From contig NW_013657627.1 of assembly GCF_000142905.1 (NCBI RefSeq), forward strand, positions 233,565 to 297,564: 64,000 bases of DNA. Reading direction: 5' to 3'. The stretch is from Thecamonas trahens ATCC 50062. Taxonomy: Eukaryota; Protista; Apusomonadida. Below the pieces are notes generated by a model that had not been told where the DNA came from, did no database searches, and worked only from the letters and a program-made list of their open reading frames with translations. How positions within the stretch are numbered: position 1 is the first letter of the stretch; each line of letters begins with the position of its first letter. The position numbers and the translations under genes were made by a program. Below, one piece after another: positions 1 through 9,993 of this stretch.

Positions 1-999
1 AAGCGGCCGCGTCAGCAGCGCCACTCGCAGCCGCGCTGCCCGTCCGGCAACCATCACAAGTGCATACAGCGGGCCGAGAAGCAGCGCGTACACCCCGATG
101 GCGTTCACGATCAGGCTCACCACCTCGCCGGCGTCTGCCTTGGCCGAAAACGACTGCGACAGCTCAACCAGCGAGTACACCAGCGCCATGATCGACGGCA
201 GGAAGAAGATGACCGAGACCACTGCGTACCGCGCCGACAGCGCGTCGGCCACAGACGCTAAATCCGCCAGCATCGGCAGCAACTCGACACTCTGCCCTCC
301 TCCTGCCCGTCCACCCTCGCCGCCGCCGCCGCCCTCGCTTTCAGCCGGCGCCACCACACCAGAAGCCACCACATCCACAGCGTGAGCCACAAGCAGCGCA
401 ACAACAATCAAATGCCCCACCACCATGCACATGCCGGCCACAATCGTGGCAGAGACCACGCCCTCGACAACTAGCCCGAGCCACCAGCGCTCGAACAGCG
501 AAGCGCCAAATCCGACAAAGAGCAAGCCGACGATGGCCGTCACAGCAAACACACACCGCCAGATCCTCGCCTCACTCGCCACAAACCGTGCCACCGCCTG
601 ATCGTCGTCTCGCAGCGCGATGGTCACCACCTCTGACCAGCTCTTGGCCACCGATCCGGCGAGCTTGACCGGCGAGGCAAAGGCCCACACGCCAGCGAGG
701 TAGAGGACGACCCAGAGGAGCATCGCCAGCGCTCCCGTCACCGCCATTTCCCGCGAATACATCCTAGGCGCCACTTGTCCATCATCGACACCGCTGGCCA
801 TCACGCCGTAGAAGACTGCAGCGCAGATGCCGATCCCTGCGCTTGTCGCCACACGTATCGTCGCTCCGCCGTCGAGCGCCCATCCGAGTCCCCACAGCTG
901 GACCGCTGTCGCGTATGGCCGGACATACCGCGGCCGCCTCTCGCCCACCAGCGCATCCGTCTCCTGCCGCACCTCGGTCTCGCCTTCGCTTCCTGCCAT
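1..999 (-). CDS. Multipass membrane protein, 3'-truncated at window edge; candidate gustatory-receptor-like (7TM ion channel superfamily)
   Basis: Hand translation gives an open frame from ATG at 999 to the window edge; it is missing from the ORF track because the stop lies outside. Sequence: MAGSEGETEVRQ...RPYATAVQLWGLGW...ALAMLLWVVLYLAGVWAF...IWRCVFAVTAIVGLLFVGFG...LADLASVADALSARYAVVSVIFFLPSIMALVYSLV...IVNAIGVYALLLGPLYALVMVAGRAARLRVALL. At least 6 hydrophobic helices. The family call is inference. Confidence 0.75.
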   Translation of the reverse strand, partial: MAGSEGETEVRQETDALVGERRPRYVRPYATAVQLWGLGWALDGGATIRVATSAGIGICAAVFYGVMASGVDDGQVAPRMYSREMAVTGALAMLLWVVLYLAGVWAFASPVKLAGSVAKSWSEVVTIALRDDDQAVARFVASEARIWRCVFAVTAIVGLLFVGFGASLFERWWLGLVVEGVVSATIVAGMCMVVGHLIVVALLVAHAVDVVASGVVAPAESEGGGGGEGGRAGGGQSVELLPMLADLASVADALSARYAVVSVIFFLPSIMALVYSLVELSQSFSAKADAGEVVSLIVNAIGVYALLLGPLYALVMVAGRAARLRVALLTRPL

Positions 1000-1348
1000 G
1001 CGAGACGTGTGAGCCTGCCGCAACTCTGGTACCTTCAGCCTGCTTTGTCCACGCCAAGACAACTTTATCTCGGTGTATGATTCGGTGTCCAACCATAAAA
1101 AGGATACAATTTGCCCCCTCCCCCCTCCCTTCCCCACTCTTGTCCCCCCCCCCCCCCCCTCCGTCCCCACTATAGACCAGTAACTGCCCTCTACCCATCC
1201 ATCATCGCTCCCAACGTCCATTCAGCCCCGCTTCTACCCATGCTTGTTCTTGCCGCACCCGACCCGGTACAAATAGACCAAAATTTCCCCAATGTTCGAC
1301 CTTCCCACGCGCGCTTTCCTCCCGCCACTCGCTAGCATCGAACCTTCC

Positions 1349-3004
1349 ATGACCACCCCCCGCACCCCTCCCCCACTCCACCTCACGCCACCCATACGCC
1401 ACCCCACCCATACACCACACACAGTGGAGATGGAGGGACTTGCATCCCGGGCAGGGTTGAAACGGGTCAACTCTGTAGGCAACTCACTTGGCTGTAGCCC
1501 CCCACGAGGGAGTGCTGGTGCGGCGGTGGTGGAGGCGGGCAAGACAGCAAGCTTAGCAACGTCCATTACCCTGGCCCCCCCCACCCCCACCACCACCCCC
1601 ACTACCAGCACTACCAGCACAAGCACCAGCACCACTTCCAACAACACCGCACGGAGTGGTACAGTCTCAGGTCTAGGTGTACCCACAAATGAGATGGAGT
1701 CGGCAACAAGTGCAGATGGTCGCCGCCCTGCTGCTACCACGACAACCGCCACCACCACGGCCACCACCGCCACGGCCACCACCGCCACCGACAGTGCTGC
1801 TGCTGCTGGTGGAAGTGGTGCTGCTGCTGGTCATGGCAAACTTGGCGCCTATTCTCAACTACCATCATCATCGACATCGCATCCAGTCTCGCCGTCCTCA
1901 CTCTCGGCTCCGGTCAGGGCTCGGGGTATGAGTCTGTCTCGCAAGGCTGTGTCGGCAAGTACTATGGGAGGCGGTGCTGATGACGGGAAGCAGGCCAAGG
2001 TCGGGGCTGGGGTCGGGGCTGGGGCCGGGGCCGATGCTGGTGCTGGTGCTGGTGCTGGGTTGGCCGGCCAGGATGGTCAGAGGAGTTGGACCCAGCGTTG
2101 GTCGCCTGGGCCCACAGATCGGCTCGGCATGGCAGTCGGAGGTGCCAGCTTGTCGCGCTCTCCCGGGGAGTGGCTCCGCTCGCCGTTGGCGTTCTCGCTG
2201 CCGGCATCGACGCGGATGGCCGGTGAGCCAGACGAGTTGAGAATCCGACTGCCACACTCGTCGGTCGGCCTGCCACAGACGCTGGCCATGCAACACTTTA
2301 GCGCTGACAAGGCTCAGGTTGCAGGCGGCGACGGCGCGCTCGGCCAGCTCTCGGCGCGGATCGACGCTTTTCTTGCTCGCACCTTTCTGGCAGACATTGA
2401 CGACTGCGAGTGCGGCGTGCTCACGGGGTACCGCTACGGCGGCGCAGGAAGTGGGAGTACAGGCTACGACTACGGCTACACGCCCGAGGCTGACGGCCTG
2501 CCGCGCCGCTGGTGGGGCTGCGGCCGCGGCGAGATCGAGTCTGACGCCGACGGCCACGACATGGCAGCCGGTAGCGGAGCGTCCGCAAGCGGCTGGATGG
2601 CTGTCGCGCTCATCATGCTCCTCACCGTCTACGCCGGCGTCCTGGTCTGGGACGCGCTCGCCACAGCCTCGGTCTCGAACGCCTTTGTGCTGGCCTTTGT
2701 GGCGCTCGGCGCCTACGGCGCCTACGGCCAGCGGCTCTGGCCTCTCCTCGCCTTTCTCGCTGTCCACATCGGGCGGACGGTGGCGCTCATCCTTTACGTC
2801 GCCACCTCGCTCGTTCCCGCCATCCTCTCGGACTCGCCGCCTGTCGACTCGCCCGTGACCCACACCGATGGTGCGCCGTGCTTCCTCTGTCTCGGCCTCT
2901 ACGCCCTTCTTGTTGTCGGCCACGCCCTCGTCGCCTTTCTCGCCTTCCGCCTCGTCATTGTCGTCAAGCGGCTCATCGTCAACCGCAAACAATGCTTTGC
3001 GTAG
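1349..3004 (+). CDS. Hypothetical protein: low-complexity S/T/G/A N-terminus and about 4 C-terminal TM helices
   Basis: ORF 1292..3004 with typical codon bias in its 3' half. Hydrophobic segments WMAVALIMLLTVYAGVLVW, AFVLAFVALGAYGAY, LWPLLAFLAVHIG..., FLCLGLYALLVVGHALVAFLAFRLVIVV. Start codon uncertain. Confidence 0.65.
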   Translation: MTTPRTPPPLHLTPPIRHPTHTPHTVEMEGLASRAGLKRVNSVGNSLGCSPPRGSAGAAVVEAGKTASLATSITLAPPTPTTTPTTSTTSTSTSTTSNNTARSGTVSGLGVPTNEMESATSADGRRPAATTTTATTTATTATATTATDSAAAAGGSGAAAGHGKLGAYSQLPSSSTSHPVSPSSLSAPVRARGMSLSRKAVSASTMGGGADDGKQAKVGAGVGAGAGADAGAGAGAGLAGQDGQRSWTQRWSPGPTDRLGMAVGGASLSRSPGEWLRSPLAFSLPASTRMAGEPDELRIRLPHSSVGLPQTLAMQHFSADKAQVAGGDGALGQLSARIDAFLARTFLADIDDCECGVLTGYRYGGAGSGSTGYDYGYTPEADGLPRRWWGCGRGEIESDADGHDMAAGSGASASGWMAVALIMLLTVYAGVLVWDALATASVSNAFVLAFVALGAYGAYGQRLWPLLAFLAVHIGRTVALILYVATSLVPAILSDSPPVDSPVTHTDGAPCFLCLGLYALLVVGHALVAFLAFRLVIVVKRLIVNRKQCFA

Positions 3005-3864
3005 CTTACATGTCTGATTATTATTGAACAATACCCCCCAACGCAGTCCCTCCCTCCCCCCCCCCCCCCCCCTACCTCCCTCCCTCCCCCTCACCGGCCA
3101 ACCGGCCGCCACCTTCCGACCACCACCACCGCTGCCGCTCGCCACACCACCAACCCACGCCGAACCGTTCTCACGTGTAACACCTCTCCTCAACCTGCAC
3201 CGTCCCGTTTCTCTGGGTGCTGCACGAGTACGTACCACACCCCCTCCGTCCCCCCCCTCCCCCCCTCCCCCCCTCCCCCCCTCTTTCATTTTTTCTTCCC
3301 CCCGCCCCCTTCCCCCCCTCCACGTCCTGGTCTGTCTGTGCCAGCGGGCGTTGCGGAAATGAAAGTCATCGAATATTGTCACGAACGTATCAATTGTTTT
3401 CAATGGGGCAAAGGAAGAGGGCAAAGAGTGATGGCAGCAGCAGGTCAATCGTGTTGATCATTGGCTTTCTCAATGTTACCAAACAATAATGTTCATGAGA
3501 GTCTATGGAGCTTGGGGGGGGATGGGGGAGAAGGGAAGGGAAGGGAAGGGAAGGGATGGGAGGGAAGACGGCGTGGCGCCTACTTTTGGCACTTTTTTGT
3601 TCCACACACTCGCCCGCACTCCCACACCCCTACCACACACTCACACTCTTTAATCACTATACAAATGCTACTATGACCTCGGTCGTGTCCTCGCCTACAC
3701 GCTCGTATGCGTTTTGCCTGTTTCACCCAATGCTACCCCTCTCACACCCTCGCCGCTCATCACCTCCATTTCGTACCACTCTCGGCCCGTCGCTCGTCGC
3801 TCGTCGCTCGCCGCTCGTCGCTCGTCGCTCGTCGCGCGCCCCGCCTCTCTCAACAGGGCTGGGC

Positions 3865-6800
3865 ATGATGAACAACGGACGCCAGTCTCGCTCCAAGTGG
3901 GCCGTGTACCTCGCGGTCCCACTGCTGGTGGCTACGGTTGTGGCGATGGTGGCGCTCTCGCACACCCGCTCATCGCTTCGTGTGGAGCCGGCATCGGCAG
4001 ACGAGGCCAAGACACAGACTGCTGCGCCCGTCTCGCTCTCCCACGCCACCGCCGAGCTGCGCAGCTGGATGGAGGCGCATGCTCGTGGCGAGGCGTCGGA
4101 GGCCGACGGCGTGGCGCTCGCGGCGCAGCGCGCGGCTCTGCTTGCCGATGCGGCGCTGTCGGACCCGGCGGCTGTCGCCAGCCATGCTCTGTACCCGGCC
4201 GCGCTGGCAGGCCTTCCGCCTGCCGTTGCGGCCCATGCCGAGACGTGGGTGACCGGCGAGGCCACCATCGAGATGCTTTGCCCTTTCCCCAAGCCGGTCG
4301 ACCTCACCGCGGAAAAGGCGACCTACGTGCAGGAAGTCGCTGCTGACCCGACAAACTTGCGGTCGTTTGACCGGCTCGACGAGCGTGCCCAGGCCCAGTT
4401 TGAGGCTCGCGAGTCGAAGCGGCTGGTCAAACTTGGCGCGCGAAAGACTGCGGCGCGCGCCGTCGCCACCAGCGACGACCACGATCATGACCACGACCAC
4501 GACCACGACCACGATGACCACGATCACGAGTACGACTACGTTGTGGTGTACAAGACTGGAACACATGCGACCACCAAGTTCCAGGCCTCGGTCTATGGCG
4601 TGCGCGACCAGCGGGCGGCGCGCGAGGCGGTTCCTGTCACGGGCGTGCTCGTCGGCTCGCGGCTGGCGGTGCTCGAGTCGCCGATGGTGACGATGTCTGC
4701 GGCTGACGGCCAAGTGCTACTGGAAAGCCACGGGCGAGCGCTCGAGGCGGCGACGCCTGCCGCAGCGGCGGGCAGCGCGAGCCACGTCGGCGTGCACGGC
4801 TCGCGGCTGGTCCACTTTGCCAACGAGGCCGAGGCTGTGGCTGCGGCCGAGTCTGCGCATGCGGCCAACGAGGCCGAGTTTGAGGCCAAGTTTACCTCGT
4901 ACACGCCGACGGGCGACATCCGGACCATCGTCTTTCTGGTGCAGTTCTCGGACGAGGCTGCACCGGCGACGACCGAGACCAACTACGCGCAGACCATGAC
5001 AACGGTCAACACGTACTGGAACATCAACTCGTATGGACTCTCGCAGTACACGCCGATCGAGTACGAGATCATCACGCTCTCCAACTCGAAGAGCTCGTAC
5101 TCGTCGGGAGGCTCGACGTGCCCGATCGACTTTGGCAAGTCGTCGCTCCTCGACGACGATGTGTGGGCGGCTTCGAGCAACCTCGAAGGCGACTACCAGC
5201 GGTACCTCATTCTCTTCACTGAGTTTACTGCTTGTCCGTGGGCCGGCCTCGGCTCGATCGCTGCGTCAGGCACGTGGATCAACGGCCTGTTTGACGCCAC
5301 GGCGCACTGGCACATTGCCGCGCACGAGCTTGGCCACAACTATGCGTTCCGGCACGCCAACGCGTGGTACGGCGGCGGCACGTCGCCGGTCGGCTCGAGC
5401 GGACAGACGCTGCCGTACGGCGACGACTTTGACATTATGGGTGCCGTCACCATCGACACTGACCGCTCCTCGTTCCATGTGAATACTCACAAGAAGCATG
5501 GTGTCGGATGGATCTCCGACTCGGACCGCCAGACGGCCTCGGCCTCGGGTCAGTACCGCATTTTCTCGCACGACGCCATCGACTCGAACTCAGGCGTCCG
5601 CGCTGTCCGCATCCGTCGCGGCTCGGGCTCGTCGACCTGGTACTGGCTCGAGTACCGCCAGAACATTGCCTACGCACCGGCGACGCCGTACTTTTCCAAC
5701 GGCATCAACGTCCACTGGGCGTACGAGCTCTCGTCGTTTGAGACCGAGACCGACCTCCTTGATCTCACCCCGGCGTTCATGACCGAGAACCTGTACGACG
5801 ACCTGCTCGTCAACTCGCCGCTGCAGATCGGGCGGACGTTCTCGGACCCGGACGAGCAGATCCACTTTACGCCCATCGGCACGTCGTCGCTCGGCGGGCG
5901 CGGCTACATTGACGTCTTTGTCAGCTTTGAGGCCGCCAACTCGGCGCCAGTCATCAACTCGGTAACCGCGTCGTGCACCCAGCCCGAGGTCGAGGAGGCC
6001 GTCCTGCTGGTGGTCGACGTGACCGACCCTGACGGTGACTTGCTCGCTTACTCGTGGGACTTTGGCGACGGCTCGCTCTCGTCGGTCAACTCGATTGCGG
6101 TCTCGCACGGGTGGGCCACGGCCGGCGCCAAGGAGGTTACCGTCACTGTCTCGGACATGCGCGGCTCGGTGACAACCGCCTCGGTCTCGCCTCAAGTTGT
6201 CGTTGCCGCCACCGGCCAGGGCGTCTGCCCCCCGTGTCCCAACGCGTGCAACGGGCACGGAATCTGCTCCGGCGGAGTCTGCGCCTGCTCGCCGGGCTAC
6301 ACCGGTGCCGACTGCTCGCAGGCCATCGGAGTCACACAGCTGGTTCCCAACTTTGGGCCCATCGGCGGCGGCAACGTCGTCACCGTCCACGGCTTTGGCT
6401 TTAACGGCACCTCGTTTATCTGCAACTTTAAGGGCATCGGCCTGCGGCCGGCGAACCGAGTCGACGAGACAACGGTGACCTGCACGGCGCCACCGGCGCT
6501 GTCCAAGTCGACTGTCGAGCTCGAGGTCTCGCCCAACTCGGGCTTGCACTACACTGGCTCGCGGATCGGCTACACCTTTGGCGGCGGCTCGTGCCCGAAC
6601 AACTGCACCCAGCAAGGCTCGTGCGACATCGGCCCGGGCGTGTGTACCTGCTACGCCGGCTTCACCGGCCTTGACTGCTCGACGGCCATCTCGGCGAGCA
6701 CGCTTGTGCCGGCTGACCAGGGCCCCAAGTCGGGCGGCCTGCCGGTGACGGTCACCGTCTCGCCGGCGTCGGGCGTTTTTGACGCCACCGGCGCCACGCC

Positions 6801-8539
6801 CATGTGCCGCTTCGGCCTGACCAAGCCTGTTCCGGCCACCATGGTCGGCCCACAGCTGACGTGCACCACCCCGCCATATGGCGCCGGCGGCGTCACCGTC
6901 CCGCTCCAGGTCTCGCCCAACGGAGTCGACTTTACCAACTCGAGCCTCACCTTTACCTACCGCACCGCGGTGGATCTGGTGGAGAACGTGGCGTCGACGC
7001 CCAAGTCGATTGTCTCGGGTGAGTACGCCTTTTACCGCTACTGGCTCGGCGATGTCACCGGGCTCACGGTCGATGTGACTCTTGCGGCGTCGACCGGCGC
7101 GCCGGAACTCTTTGCCCGCTCTAACATCGTGCCCATCAAGGGCGTTGTCGGCTCATTCTCCCTCGCGGCGCCCGGTACGCTCACCCTCGGCGCAACCGAC
7201 CTCACGGCCGGCTTCCTCTACATCTCCGTCCTCACCACCGGCGCAGCGTCGGACTTTACGGTCACACTCGCCATCACTGGAACCCACACAGTGGCGGTCA
7301 ACGCCGGCAACCCGTTGCGCGCGCTCGCATCGGCCGGAACGATCAACTACTACGCGGTGAGCCACGACGGGACGACGAACGCGGTGGTGGTCACCGCCGA
7401 CGTCATCGGAACCGGCACCCCGCCGACCCTGTACCTCTCCGGCACCGAGACGGCGCCGACTGCCACGACGGCGTCGTCGTCGGGCACCACCGTGGTCATC
7501 CAGGCTTGTGAGCCTGCAGGTACATACTACGTCGGCGTGGAGGGCGACGGCGTGTCGTACGGACTCGAGGCCCGGACCGAGGCGCCCCCGTCCCGGGCAC
7601 GCTCCCCGGCGAGCTGCCGGGCAAGATCATCTCTGCGCTCCGCGAAGAGTCGTCGGTCAATGTCACCTTTGCGCTCGCGGGCTCTGCCAATGACTACGAC
7701 TTTGACCTCCGGTACGATGTGTTCTTCCGGCGCAACCAGGCCGATGTGGCGTTTGAGACGCCGTGCGACGTCAAGGTGAGCGGGACGGTGTTCCGGCAGA
7801 ACCTGGCCTATGGTGCGTTCTCGGACCCGCTGCTCCAGGTCTACCCGCTCGACGCGTCCACCAACTATCAGGTCGCCGTCATCGTCAAGTCGACGACGGG
7901 CGTCGAGGCCATGTACCTCCCTGCGCTGCAGAAGACCAAGCCGCCGCCGATCCCCAAAGCCCTGCTCTACGGACTCATGGCCGGTTCGGTCGGCATGGCC
8001 CTCATCGGCGGCTGCGTCGTCGGCTTCTTCAAGCTCCGCAAGCGCAAGCGCAAGAAGCGTAAGCACCGCAGCCACGCCCGCCGTCGGCGCAAGACCCGCC
8101 GCGGCCGCTCACACGCAGGCGGTGCCGCTCCGGGCGTCGCCGCCGCCGCTGGCGCAGGCCTCCCAGCGCGATCGCCGTTGGGAAGCGCGGCCCCCGCCAC
8201 GCTGAGGCCCGCCAGGACCGCTCCAAGCCGGCCCGCCGCACGGCCGCCTCGGGCGGCGGCTCTCGGGCCACCGGCGGCGTCGCAGGCCCGCCACCCGGCA
8301 CGGCCGGCGCACGCTCAGGCGCACGCTCCGGCCGCACCCGGCCCACCACCGCGCCGTCGCGCCAGCGCCAGCGCGCCATCGCCCGCGGCGACTTTGTGCC
8401 GCAGTACGAGAACGAGCTTGGCTTCCGCAAGGGCCAGAAGCTCTACATCCTGCAGAGGATGGATGCCGGCTGGTACAAGGCTGAGCTCGGCGGCAAGGTT
8501 GGCCTTGTCCCGGCCTCGTACGTCAAGCTTGTGCAGTAG
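3865..8539 (+). CDS. Membrane-anchored zinc metalloprotease (M11/M6-like) with PKD, EGF-like and IPT/TIG domains, a TM helix and a C-terminal SH3; two apparent -1 frameshifts
   Basis: N-terminal hydrophobic segment; HELGHNYAFRHAN zinc motif with downstream YGDDFDIMG Met-turn; PKD (DPDGDLLAYSWDFGDG); EGF (CPNACNGHGICSGGVCACSPGYTGADCS, and a second); IPT (PNFGPIGGGNVVTVHGFGF). The frame shifts at about 7585 (CCCCC) into the 7719 frame, giving TM LLYGLMAGSVGMALIGGCVVGFF plus KLRKRKRKKRK. It shifts again (8063-8360) into RAIARGDFVPQYENELGFRKGQKLYILQRMDAGWYKAELGGKVGLVPASYVKLVQ*, a canonical SH3 with TAG at 8537-8539. Confidence 0.8.
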
Positions 8540-8616
8540 TCACCGCACACAATGAACATATCGCTTTGCTTTAGCTCTTCCACACTCGTCTCTCTAGCTC
8601 CTTCGCCTGGCGCACC

Positions 8617-9969
8617 ATGACCGCCGTCGCCGGTGGCGCTCCTCGGTCTCTCGCGGCTATCTTTGCACACGCGCAATCGGGCGATGTGGCCAAGCTCTCT
8701 GCCGCACTCGACGACCTGGGCAGCGAACTCGGCGACGACTTCGGGCCCGGCGCATTGCCAGCTGCGCTCGACACGCTTGGCAGCGACGGACAAGGCGCTC
8801 TCCATCTGGCAGCGGCCTCGGATCAACCGGCAGCAGTCCAAGCACTCCTTGCTGCCGGCGCATCGATGACAGCTCGCAACGGATCGGGCAACAACCTCGC
8901 TGGTATCGCCGCCTCCCGCGGGTGCATGGATGTCCTCCGTTGGCTCGCCGATCTCGTCTCTGCCGGCGGCGACGACAACAACCTTGCCGCGACTGTCGTC
9001 ACCGCCACCAACAAGTGGAATGAGACGCCGACAATGCTTGCTGTTGCAGCCGGTGAGCTTCCTGCTCTCCGGCTCCTCCTCACCCTCGCTCCCGTCGCCG
9101 CTACCCTCACCACCACCCGCGATGCCTGGAACCGCTCCGCCATCGACATTGCCCGTGACCAGGGCGTGCCGGCCGTTGTCCAGGTCATCGACGCCCACCT
9201 CGGCTCGACCTCTGGCTCGGTTCCGGAAGCCGGCTTTGCTGCCACGACACAGGACGGTGTCGGTGGAAGCACAGGGCCGTTGCCAGGCTCGCCTCTACCG
9301 CACTCGCTTCCGCCTTCGCCTCCGCCTCCGCCTCCGCCTCCGCCTCCGCTTCCGCCTCCGCCGCCGTCTTCCTCGTCGTCAACCAAATCGTCTCCTGCGG
9401 GCATCGGGTTGGCGCGTTTGGGGAAAGCGGTGGCTGGGGCGATTGGTAGCGGGACGATCAAGCTGCGCAAGGTGGAGGGCGGGCCAAGTGTGCGGTCGAT
9501 GTTTGCAGAGGAGAGCAGAGGGGCAAGGGTGGTGACGACGGCAAAGTCGCGCGGGCCACCGTACACCCGGGTCCTCTCCAAGCTCATCGAGGCACCAGGC
9601 GATTTTGCGGTGGTGGAGGAGCTACTGGCGGCCGGTGATGTGGATCCTGCAGGGCTGGACATGTTTGGTCTACCAGCGCTGCACAAGGTGGCGGCGTGGA
9701 GCAAGCCGGGCCTGGTGCAGCTGGTTGCGAGCGTACTGAGCGACGACGAGCTGGTGGCGACGGCTGGCGACTCGGGCTTTACGGCGCTGCACATGGCGGT
9801 GGAGATGGGCGCGGTGGGCGGGGCTACTGCGGTACTGGCAGTTGCAGAGGCGCGCAAGGTCCGCGCGCGGCTGGTGGCGACGAGAGACGGGGCCGGGCGG
9901 ACGGCAGGCGAGCTTGCGTGCGAGCTGGCAACGATGCCCTGCGAAGTGACCGACGAGCTGGCAACATAG
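8617..9969 (+). CDS. Ankyrin-repeat protein with central poly-proline and WH2-like motif
   Basis: Ankyrin motifs GQGALHLAAA, WNETPTMLAVAAG, FGLPALHKVAA, GFTALHMAVEMG; a PPPP tract; AVAGAIGSGTIKLRKVE. Confidence 0.85.
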   Translation: MTAVAGGAPRSLAAIFAHAQSGDVAKLSAALDDLGSELGDDFGPGALPAALDTLGSDGQGALHLAAASDQPAAVQALLAAGASMTARNGSGNNLAGIAASRGCMDVLRWLADLVSAGGDDNNLAATVVTATNKWNETPTMLAVAAGELPALRLLLTLAPVAATLTTTRDAWNRSAIDIARDQGVPAVVQVIDAHLGSTSGSVPEAGFAATTQDGVGGSTGPLPGSPLPHSLPPSPPPPPPPPPPLPPPPPSSSSSTKSSPAGIGLARLGKAVAGAIGSGTIKLRKVEGGPSVRSMFAEESRGARVVTTAKSRGPPYTRVLSKLIEAPGDFAVVEELLAAGDVDPAGLDMFGLPALHKVAAWSKPGLVQLVASVLSDDELVATAGDSGFTALHMAVEMGAVGGATAVLAVAEARKVRARLVATRDGAGRTAGELACELATMPCEVTDELAT

Positions 9970-9993
9970 AGCCTCGGATTACAGCGGAGCATT

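Noticed and set aside
3505-3864. ORF-track N-terminal extensions of the protease (and of SKI3 30073..30222, tRNase Z 47486..47764, ligase 61745..61942)
   Set aside because: Low-complexity upstream sequence; homology or signal features begin at downstream ATGs.
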